DNA of 10,750 bases from Octopus sinensis (Eukaryota), in assembly GCF_006345805.1 (NCBI RefSeq), contig NW_021827259.1, forward strand, positions 1-10,750, given 5' to 3'. Both the position numbers and the translations under genes were made by a program. The notes beneath the pieces were generated by a model. That model did not search any database. It was given only the letters and a program-made list of their open reading frames with translations, and was not told the origin of the DNA. This document shows positions 1-9,100 of the stretch, one piece after another; within the stretch, counting starts at the first letter, position 1; each line of letters begins with the position of its first letter.

Positions 1-76
1 CTTAACCCTAACCCAACCCTAACCCTTAACCCTAGCCCTAGCCCTAACCCAAACCCAACCCTAACCCTAACCCCAA

Positions 77-3000
77 CCCTCACCCTAAAACATAACCCTA
101 AACACTAACACTGAAACCTGGCCCTAAAACCTAACCCTAAAGCCTAACCCTGAATCCTAAACACTAACCCTAAAAACCAACCCTAAAACAAACCAAACTA
201 ACCGTAAAACCTAACTCTTAACATTACCCTAAAACTAAAACCCAAACCAACCCTAAACCCGAATTCTAAAATCTAACCGTAACCCTCAGCTGACCCTAAC
301 CGTACACCCTAACCCTAAAACCTAGCCCTATAAACCTAACCCCAAAACCAACCCTAAAACCTAATCCTAAAACCTAATCCTGAAACCTAACCCTAAAACC
401 TAACCCTAAAATCTAACCCTAAAACCTCACCCTGAAACCTAACCCTAACCCTAACCCTAACCCTAAAACCAAACCCTAAAAACCAACCCTGAAATTTAAC
501 CCTAAAACCTTACCTTAAAACCTAACTCTAACCCTAAACCTAAACGTAACGCTAAGTCTAACACTGAAACCTAACACTAAACCTACAACCTAACCCTAAA
601 ATCTAACGCTAACCCTCAACCCTAAACCACCACCCCTAACCCAAAATCCCTAAAACCCTAAACCTAAAAACAACCCTAAAGCATAACGCTAACCCAAACC
701 CATAAACCCTAATCACTGACCGTAACCCCAAAACCCAACCCTAAAACCTAACGCTAAACATTAACATTAACCCTAACCCTAAAACCTAACGCTAAACATT
801 AACCCTAACCCTAACCCTGACCCTAAAACCTAACCCTAAACACTAACACTGAAACCTGGCCCTAAAACCTAACCCTAAAGCCTAACCCTGAATCCTAAAC
901 ACTAACCCTAAAACCAAACCCTAACCGTAAAACCTAACTCTTAACATTACCCTAAAACTAAAACCCAACCCTAAAACCGAATTCTAAAATCTAACCGTAA
1001 CCCTCAGCTGACCCTAACCGTACACCCTAACCCTAAAACCTAGCCCTATAAACCTAACCCCAAAACCAACCCTAAAACCTAATCCTAAAACCCAATCCTG
1101 AAACCTAACCCTAAAACCTAACCCTAAAATCTAAACCCTAACCCTGAAACCTAACCCTAAAACCTAACCCTGAAACCTAACCCTAAAACCTAACCCTAAA
1201 ACCTAAACCCTAACCCTAAAACCAAACCCTAAAAACCAACCCTGAAACCTAACCCTAAAACCTTACCTTAAAACCTAACCCTAACCCTAAAACGTAACGC
1301 TAAAACCTAACACTGAAACCTAACACTAAAACCTAACCCTAAAATCTAACGCTAACCCTAAACCCTAAACCCACCCCTAACCCCAAATCCCTAAAACCTA
1401 ACCCTAAAACAACCCTAACCCAAACCCATAAACCCTAATCACTGACCGTAACCCCAATCCTAACCCTAAAACCCAACCCTAAAACCCTAACCCTAAAACC
1501 TAACGCTAACCCTTAACCCTAATCCTAACCCTAACCCTTAACCCTAGCCCTAGCCCTAACCCAAACCCAAACCCTAACCCTAACCCTAACCCCAACCCTC
1601 ACCCTAAAACATAACCCTAAACACTAACACTGAAACCTGGCCCTAAAACCTAACCCTAAAGCCTAACCCTGAATCCTAAACACTAACCCTAAAACCAAAC
1701 CCTAAAACCAAACCCTAACCGTAAAACCTAACTCTTAACATTACCCTAAAACTAAAACCCAACCCTAAAACCGAATTCTAAAATCTAACCGTAACCCTCA
1801 GCTGACCCTAACCGTACACCCTAACCCTAAAACCTAGCCCTATAAACCTAACCCCAAAACCAACCCTAAAACCTAATCCTAAAACCTAATCCTGAAACCT
1901 AACCCTAAAACCTAACCCTAAAATCTAACCCTAAAACCTCACCCTGAAACCTAACCCTAAAACCTAAACCCTAACCCTAAAACCAAACCCTAAAAACCAA
2001 CCCTGAAATTTAACCCTAAAACCTTACCTTAAAACCTAACTCTAACCCTAAAACGTAACGCTAAAGTCTAACACTGAAACCTAACACTAAAACCTAACCC
2101 TAAAATCTAACGCTAACCCTCAACCCTAAACCCACCCCTAACCCCAAATCCCTAAAACCTAACCCTAAAACAACCCTAAAGCATAACGCTAACCCAAACC
2201 CATAAACCCTAATCACTGACCGTAACCCCAAAACCCAACCCTAAAACCTAACGCTAAACATTAACATTAACCCTAACCCTAAAACCTAACGCTAAACATT
2301 AACCCTAACCCTAACCCTCACCCTAAAACCTAACCCTAAACACTAACACTGAAACCTGGCCCTAAAACCTAACCCTAAAGCCTAACCCTGAATCCTAAAC
2401 ACTAACCCTAAAACCAAACCCTAAAACCAAACCCTAACCGTAAAACCTAACTCTTAACATTACCCTAAAACTAAAACCCAACCCTAAAACCGAATTCTAA
2501 AATCTAACCGTAACCCTCAGCTGACCCTAACCGTACACCCTAACCCTAAAACCTAGCCCTATAAACCTAACCCCAAAACCAACCCTAAAACCTAATCCTA
2601 AAACCTAATCCTGAAACCTAACCCTAAAACCTAACCCTAAAATCTAAACCCTAACCCTGAAACCTAACCCTAAAACCTCACCCTGAAACCTAACCCTAAA
2701 ACCTTACCCTGAAACCTAAAACCTAACCCTAAAACCTAACCCTAAAAACCAACCCTGAAAAAACCACGCTAAACCTTACCTTAAAACCTAACTCTAACCC
2801 TAAAACGTAACGCTAAAGTCTAACACTGAAACCTAACACAAAAACCTACCCTAAAATCTAACGCTAACCCTAAACCCACCCCTAACCCCAAATCCCTAAA
2901 ACCTAACCCTAAAACAACCCTAAAGCATAACGCTAACCCAAACCCATAAACCCTAATCACTGACCGTAACCCCAATCCTAACCCTAAAACACTAACCCTA

Positions 3001-3770
3001 AAACCTAACGCTAAACATTAACCCTAACCCTAACGCTAACCCTAACCCTAACCCTAACGCTAACCCTAACCCTAACCCTCACCCTAAAACCTAACCCTAA
3101 ACACTAACACTGAAACCTGGCCCTAAAACCTACCCTAAAGCCTAACCCTGAATCCTAAACACTAACCCTAAAACCAAACCCTAAAACCAAACCTAACCGT
3201 AAAACCTAACTCTTAACATTACCCTAAAACTAAAACCCAACCTAAAACCGAATTCTAAAATCTAACCGTAACCCTCAGCTGACCCTACCGTACACCTAAC
3301 CCTAAAACCTAGCCCTATAAACCTAACCCCAAAACCAACCTAAAACCTAATCTGAAACCTAACCCTAAAACCTAACCCTAAAATCTAAACCCTAACCCTG
3401 AAACCTAACCCTAAAACCTAACCCTAAAACCTAACCCTAAAACCTAAACCCTAACCCTAAAACCAAACCCTAAAAACCAACCCTGAAACCTAACCCTAAA
3501 ACCTTACCTTAAAACCTAACCCTAACCCTAAAACGTAACACTGAAACCTAACACTAAAACCTAACCCTAAAATCTAACGCTAACCCTAAACCCTAAACCC
3601 ACCCCTAACCCCAAATCCCTAAAACCTAACCCTAAAACAACCCTAAAGCATAACGCTAACCCAAACCCATAAACCCTAATCACTGACCCTAACCCCAATC
3701 CTAACCCTAAAACCCAACCCTAAAACCTAACGCTAAACATTAACCCTAACCCTAACCCTTAACCTTAACC
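77..3770 (-). repeat. Higher-order repeat: five tandem ~700-780 bp monomers (approx. 77-814, 815-1595, 1596-2314, 2315-3075, 3076-3770)
   Basis: Rare marker motifs recur once per monomer in the same order: CCTGG (117, 855, 1636, 2355, 3116), GAATTC (261, 979, 1773, 2492, 3250), CAGCTG (287, 1005, 1799, 2518, 3276), plus AATCACTGACC and CATAAACCC. GAATTC spacings are 718/794/719/758. Positions 31-50 recur near 1543 (offset 1512). Confidence 0.93.
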
Positions 3771-3780
3771 CTAACCCTAA

Positions 3781-3860
3781 CCCAACCCCAACCCTAAACC
3801 CTAACCCAACCCTAACCCAACCCCACCCCCAACCCAAACCCCAACCCCAACCCCAACCCT
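3781..3860 (-). repeat. Degenerate CCCCAA/CCCAA (TTGGGG-type) variant tract
   Basis: The sequence cccaacccca...ccccacccccaacccaaaccccaaccccaaccccaaccct lacks the T of CCCTAA in most units. It may be real variant repeats or poor consensus. Confidence 0.6.
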
Positions 3861-3897
3861 AACCCTAACCTTAAACCTAACCCTTACCGGAAAACCT

Positions 3898-3950
3898 AAC
3901 CCTAAAAGCTAGCCCTTTAACCTAAACATTTAGGGCTAGGTTTTAGGGTT
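3898..3950. other. Strand-polarity switch (inversion junction) inside an imperfect hairpin
   Basis: The C-rich to G-rich switch occurs at CCTAAA-CA-TTTAGG (3921-3934). Positions 3898-3916 (aaccctaaaagctagccct) are the reverse complement of 3932-3950 (agggctaggttttagggtt) at 18/19 positions. Confidence 0.85.
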
Positions 3951-6430
3951 GTTTTAAAGTTAGGGTTTAGGGTTCGTGTTTAGGGGTTAGAGGTTAGGTA
4001 TTAGGGTTTAAGGTTTATATTTAGCCTTATGTTTTAGGCTTAGGTGTTACGATTAGGGTTAGATTATAGGGTTAGGTTCATGGTTACGGGTTAGCTTTTA
4101 GGGTTGGTTTTAGGGTTAGGTTTTAGGGTTAGGTTTTAGGGTTAGGGTTCAGTTTTAGGGTTAGGTTTGGGGTTGGGTTTTAGGGTTAGGATTTAGGTTT
4201 CGGTTTTAGGGTTAGGTTTCAGTTTTAGGGTTAGGTTTTAGGGTTTGGTTTTAGGGTTAGGTTTTAGGGTTTGGTTTTAGGGTCAGGTTTTAGGGTTAGG
4301 TTTTAGGGTTAGGGTTAAGGATTTAGGGTTAGGTTTCAGGGTTAGGTTTAGTTAAGTTTTAGGGTAGGTTTTAGGGTTAGGGTTCGGTTTTAGGGTTAGG
4401 TTTAGTTAAGTTTTAGGGTAGGTTTTAGGGTTAGGGTTCGGTTTTAGGGTTAGGTTTAGGGGTTAGGGTTAGGTTTTAGTGTTAGGTTTTAGGGTTTGTT
4501 TTTTGGGTTAGGGTTTAGGATTTAGAGTTAGGTTTCAGGGCTAGGTTTTAGGGTTAGGTTTTAGGGTTACGGTTCATGGGTTACTTTAGGTTTAAGGGTT
4601 TAAGGTTTAGGGTTTATGTTTAGCGTTAGGTTTTAGATTTAGGTTTTAAGGTTAGGGTTATGTTTTAGGGTAGGTTTAGTGTTCCGTTTTAGGGTTAGCT
4701 TTTAGGGTTAGGTTCCACTGTTAGGGTTAGGTTTTAGAGTTAGGTTCTAGGGTTAGGTTTTAGCGTAAGGGGTTAGAGTTAGGTTTTAGGTTAGGGTTAG
4801 GTTTTAGATTTAGGGTTCGGTTTTAGGGTTAGGTTTCAGGGTTAGTGTTAGGTTTTAGGGTTAGGGTTCGGTTTTAGGGTGAAGTTTAGGGTTAGGTTTT
4901 AGAGTTAGGTTTTAAAGTTAGGGTTAGGTTTTAGGGTTAGGGTTTTAGGTGATGTTTAAGGGTTAGGGCCAAGGGTTAGGGTTAGGTTATAGGTTTAGAT
5001 TTTAGGATCAGGTTTTAGGGTTAGGGTTAGGGTCAGGTTTTAGTGTTAGGTTTTAGGGTTTGGTTTTAGGGTTAGGGTTTAGGTTTTAGGGTTAGGTTTT
5101 AGGGCTAGGTTTTAGGGTTAGGTTTTAGGGTTAGTTATCAGGGGTTAGAGGTTAGGTTTAAGGTTTAGGGTTTATGTTTAGCGTTAGGTTTTAGATTTAG
5201 GTTTTAAGGTTTGGGTTAGGTTTTAGGGTTAGGGTTCGGTTTTAGTGTTAGGTTTTAGGTTTAGGTTCTAGGGTTAGGGTTCGGTTTTAATGTTAGGTTC
5301 AGGGTTAAGTTTTAGGGTTAGGTTTTAGGTTTAGGGTTAGGTTCTAGGGTTAGGTTTTAGGGTGAGGTTTCGGTTTTAGGGTTACGTTTTAGGTTCTAGG
5401 GTTAGGTTTTAGGGTTAGGCTTTAGGGTTATGTTCAAAAGTTAAGGTCAGGGGTTAGGGTTAGGTTTAGATTTTAGGGTTAGGTTTTAGGGTTAGGTTTA
5501 GGGTTAGGTTTAGTGTTAGGTTTCAGGGTTTGGATTTAGTATTTAGGGTTAGGTTTTAGGTTTAGGGTTAGAGGTTAGGTTTTATGGTTTAATATTAGGG
5601 TTTATGTTTAGCGTTAAGTTTTAGATTTAGGTTTTAAGGTTAGGGTTACGTTTTAGGGTTAGGGGTCGGTTTTAGAGTTAGGTTTAGCGTTAGGTTTTAG
5701 GGTTAGGTTGTAGGGTTAGGGTTAGGTTTTAGGGTCAGGTTTTAGGGTTAGGGGTTAGAGTTAGGTTTTAGGTTAGGGTTAGGTTTTAGGGTTAGGTTTT
5801 AGGGTAGGGTTCGGTTTTAATGTTAGGTTTTAGTGTTAGGTTTCAGGGTTAGTGTTAGGTTTTAGGGTTAGGTTTTAGGGTTAGGGTTAGGTTTTAGTGT
5901 TAGGTTTCAGGGTTAGGTTTTAGGGTTAGGTTTAGTTAAGTTTTAGGGTTAGCTTTTAGGGTTAGGTTCCAGGGTTAGGGTTAGGTTCTACGGTTAGGTT
6001 TTAGGGTAAGGGGTTAGAGTTAGGTTTTAGGTTAGGGTTCGGTTTTAGGGTTAGGTTTTAGATTTAGTGTTCGGTTTTAGGGTTAGGTTTAGGGCTAAGT
6101 TTTAGGGTTATTGTTAGGTTTTAGGGAAGGTTTTAGGGTTAGGGTTCAGTTTTAGGGTTACGTTTAGGGTTAGGTTTTAGGTTTAGATTTTAAGGTTAAG
6201 TTTTAGGGTTAGGTTTAGGGTTAGGGTTAGTTTTTAGGGTTAGTTAGGGTTAATTTTTAGGGTTTGGTTTTAGGGCTAGGTTTTAGTGTTAGGTTTTAGG
6301 GTTAGGTTTTAGGGTTAGGGTTCCGGGGTTTGATGTTAGGTTTAAGGGTTTATGGTTTAGGGTTTGTTTAGCGTTTGGTTTTAGATTTAGGTTTTAAGGT
6401 TAGATTTTAATGTTAGGGTTCGGTTTTAGG
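3931..6430 (+). repeat. Central diverged repeat family with an irregularly spaced marker (GGGTTTATGTTTAGCGTTAGGTTTTAGATTTAGGTTTTAAGG)
   Basis: Marker copies have the GCG core at 4623, 5181, 5611 and 6371, with a degenerate copy (GCC) at ~4024. Spacings are about 600/558/430/760. GGTTCGG variants are frequent here and absent from the left monomer. Confidence 0.75.
4339..4446 (+). repeat. Exact 54-bp tandem duplication (2 copies plus a partial third)
   Basis: gggttaggtttagttaagttttagggtaggttttagggttagggttcggtttta occurs at 4339-4392 and 4393-4446. The GTTAAG marker is at 4351 and 4405. Confidence 0.9.
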
Positions 6431-6448
6431 GTTAGGTTTAGGGTTAGG

Positions 6449-6584
6449 TTTTAGGGTTAGGTTTTAGGGTTAGGGTTAGGTTTTAGGGTTAGGTTTTAGG
6501 GTTAGGTTTTAGGGTTAGGTTTTAGGGTTAGGTTTTAGTGTTAGGTTTTAGGGTTAGGTTTTAGGGTTAGGTTTTAGGGTTAGG
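6449..6584 (+). repeat. Near-perfect (TTTTAGGGTTAGG)n 13-mer tract
   Basis: Eight consecutive 13-mers at 6481-6584 with one G>T substitution (6539), preceded by two more at 6449-6474 and one extra hexamer. Confidence 0.93.
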
Positions 6585-6719
6585 GTTACGGTTTGGTTCT
6601 AGAATTAGGTTTAGGTTTTAGGGTTAGGTTTTAGGGCTAGGTTTTAGGGTTAGGTTTTTGGGTTAGGGTTTGGCTTTAGGGTTAGGTTTTAGGGTTAGCT
6701 TTCAGGGTTACGTTTTTGG

Positions 6720-6850
6720 ATTAGATTTTTGGTTGGTTTTAGGTTTAGGTTTCAGGGCTAGGTTTTAGGTTTAGGGTTTACAGTTAGGGTTGAGGGTTAC
6801 GGTTAGTTTTTAGAATTCGGTTTTAGGGTTGGGTTTTAGGGTTAGGGTTA
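6720..6850 (+). repeat. Diverged partial inverted copy of the monomer's GAATTC segment
   Basis: gggttgagggttacggttagtttttagaattcggttttagggttggg (GAATTC at 6813) aligns to the reverse-complemented monomer but lacks CAGC of the CAGCTG site. More decayed relics lie at ~6586-6615 and ~7519-7550. Confidence 0.75.
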
Positions 6851-6990
6851 TATTTAGGGTACGGTTTTAGGGTTTTGGTTAGGTTATAGGGTTTGATTTT
6901 TTGGTTTGGTTTTAGGCTTAGATTTTAGGTTTAGGTTTTAGGGTTTGGGTTAGTGATTAGGGGTTAGGGTTAGGGTTTAAGATTTAGGGT

Positions 6991-8099
6991 TAATGTTTAG
7001 CGTTACGTTTTAGGGTTGGGTTTTAGGTTTAGGAATGGGGTTACGGTCAGTGATTAGGGTTTATGGGTTTGGGTTAGCGTTATGTTTTAGGGTTGTTTTA
7101 GGGTTAGGTTTTAGGGGTTGGGGTTAGGGGTCTGGGTTAGGGTTAGCGTTAGATTTTAGGGTTAGGTTTTAGTGTTAGGTTTCAGTGTTAGGTTTAGGGT
7201 TACGTTTTATGGTTAGGGTTAGGTTTTAAGGTTAGGTTTTAGGGTTAGGTTTCAGGGTGAGGTTTTAGGGTTAGGTTTCAGGGTTAGGGTTTAGATTTTA
7301 GGGTTAGGTTTTAGGGTTAGGTTTTAGGCTTGTTTTAAGGTCAGTGTTAAGGTTAGGTTTTAGGGTTAGGGTTAGGTTTTAAGGTTAGGTTTTATGGTTA
7401 GGTTTTACTGTTAGGTTTAGGATTTAGGGTTAAGTTTTAGGGTTAGGGTTAGTGTTAGGTTTTAGGGTTAGGTTCTAGGATTCGGTTTTAAGGTTAGGTT
7501 TTGCGGTTAAGGTCAGTGTTACGGTTAGGTTTTAGAATTGGGTTTTAGGGTTAGGTTTTAAGTTTAGGGTTCGTTTTAGGGTTAGGGTTCGGTTTTAAGG
7601 TTAGGGTTCAGGATGTAGGGTTAGGTTTTAATGTTAGGTTTTAGGGCTAGGTTTTAGGGTTAGGTGTTAGGGTTTTGGGTTAGGTTTTAGGGTTAGGGTT
7701 CAGGATTTAGGGTTAGGTTTTATGGTTAGGTTTTAGGGCTTGGTTTTAGGGTTGTTTTAGGGTTAGGGTTAGGCTTTAGGGCTTGGTTTTAGGGTTAGGT
7801 ATCAGGATTAGGTTTTACGATTAGGTTTTAGGATTAGGTTTTGGGTTGGTTTTGGGGTTAGGTTTTAGGGCTAGGTTTTAGGGTTAGGGTCAGCTGAGGG
7901 TTACGGTTAGATTTTAGAATTCGGTTTTAGGGTTAGGTTTTAGGGTTAGGGTAATGTTAAGAGTTAGGTTTTACGGTTAGGGTTTGGTTTTAGTGTTTGG
8001 TTTTAGGGTTAGTGTTTAGGATTCAGGGTTAGGCTTTAGGGTCAGGTTTTAGGGCCTGGTTTCAGTGTTAGTGTTTAGGGAAAGGTTTTAGTGTGAGGG
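6991..8099 (+). repeat. Inverted copy (Ra) of the left-arm monomer, interrupted by a ~0.45 kb block (approx. 7325-7790)
   Basis: Reverse-complement markers appear in the expected order: AATGTTTAGCG (6992), GGTCAGTGATTAGGG (~7046), TTCAGTGTTAGG (~7181), then CAGCTG (7891), GAATTC (7917), TAATGTTAAGAG (~7952) and GGGCCTGG (~8052). Confidence 0.85.
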
Positions 8100-8111
8100 T
8101 TAGGGTTTAGG

Positions 8112-9048
8112 GTTAGAGGTTAGGTTTTAGGGTCTAAGGTTTAGGCTACGTTTAGCATCAGGTTTTAGGGTAAGGTTTTACGGTTAGAGTAAGGTTTTAG
8201 GGTTAGGTTTAGGGTAAGGGTTAGGTTTTAGGGTTAGGTTTAGGGTTAGTTTTTAGGTTTAGGTTTTTGGGTTAGGGTTCTATTTTAGGGTTAGGTTTAG
8301 GGTTAGGTTTTTAGAGTTAGGTTTTAGGGTAAGGTTAGGGTTAGGGCTAGGGTTAGGGTTAGTTTTTAGGGTTAGGTTCTAGGTTTAGGTTTCAGGGTTA
8401 GGTTTTAGGGTTGTTTTAGGGTTAGGGTTAGGTTATAGGGTTGGGGTTAGGTTTCAGGGTTAGGTTTAAGGGCTAGGTTTTAGGGTTAGTGTTGTTTTAG
8501 ATTTAGGGTTAGGTTTTAGGGCTAGGTTTAGGGTTAGGGTTAGGTTTTAGGGTTAGGGTTAGTTTTCAGGGGTAGGTTTTAGGTTTAAGTTTTAGGGTTA
8601 GGGTTAGGGTTAGGGTTTAGGGTTTAGGGTTAGGGTTAGGGTTAGGGTTGGTTTTACGGTTAGGTTTTAGGGTTAGGTTTTACGGTTAGGGTTAGGTTTT
8701 AGGGTTAGTGTTAGGGTTAGGTTTTAGGGTTAGGGTCAGGTTTACGGTTAGGTTTTAGTGTTACGTTTTAGGGTTAGGGCTCGGTTTCAGGGTTAGGTTT
8801 ACAGTTGTTTTAGGGTTAGGTTTGTGTTTTAGGGTTAGATTTTAAGGTTAGGTTTTAGGGTTAGGGGTTATGGTTAGGGTTTAGGATTTAGGTTAGGTTT
8901 TAGGACTAGGTTTTAGGGTTAGGTTTTAGGGTTGGGTAGGGTTTAGCGTTTAAGGTTTAGGGTTTGTTTACCGTTAAGTTTTAGTGTTAGGTTTTAGGGT
9001 TCGGGTTCGGTTTTTGGGTCATGTTTCGGGTTAGGTTTTAGGGTAAGG
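8112..9048 (+). repeat. Right-arm duplicated block, copy 1
   Basis: Markers GGTCTAAGG (8131), GCATCAGG (8155), TTCTATTTT (~8278), GGTTATAGGGTTGGGG (8431), TTACCGTTAAG and GGGTCATGTTT recur in the same order in 9741-10582. Confidence 0.85.
8593..8650 (+). other. Canonical G-quadruplex-competent (TTAGGG/TTTAGGG)n tract
   Basis: More than four consecutive GGG runs separated by 3-4 nt loops. G4 formation by (TTAGGG)n is established. Folding of this tract is a prediction only. Confidence 0.6.
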
Positions 9049-9100
9049 TTTTAGGGTTAGGGTTAGGGTAAGGTTTTAGGGTTAAGGTTAGGGTTAGGGT

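Larger units (their letters stand above)
1..3928 (-). repeat. Telomere-like tandem array, C-rich on + strand (CCCTAA / CCTAACCCTAAAA units and variants)
   Basis: Continuous CCCTAA, CCTAAAA and AACCCT-type units with very few G. The minus strand reads TTAGGG / TTTTAGGGTTAGG. Confidence 0.97.

Noticed and set aside
77-3770. CRISPR-like repeat/spacer array
   Set aside because: There are no unique spacers. The sequence between markers is the same repeated low-complexity DNA, and no cas-like ORF is present.
3700-4200. Ancestral telomere-telomere fusion site
   Set aside because: The polarity is wrong. A fusion gives G-rich then C-rich on one strand, and here it is C-rich then G-rich.
3250-4610. 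Whole-read fold-back chimera (perfect palindrome around the junction)
   Set aside because: Mirror symmetry extends only tens of bases. The mirror position of GAATTC 3250 (~4600) has no such site, and the first inverted monomer segments appear ~2.8-3 kb away with different alleles. An assembly mis-join is still not excluded.
6449-6584. Phased A-tract DNA curvature
   Set aside because: T4/A4 tracts recur every 13 bp (or 19 bp with an extra hexamer), out of phase with the ~10.5 bp helical repeat, so bends should not add up.
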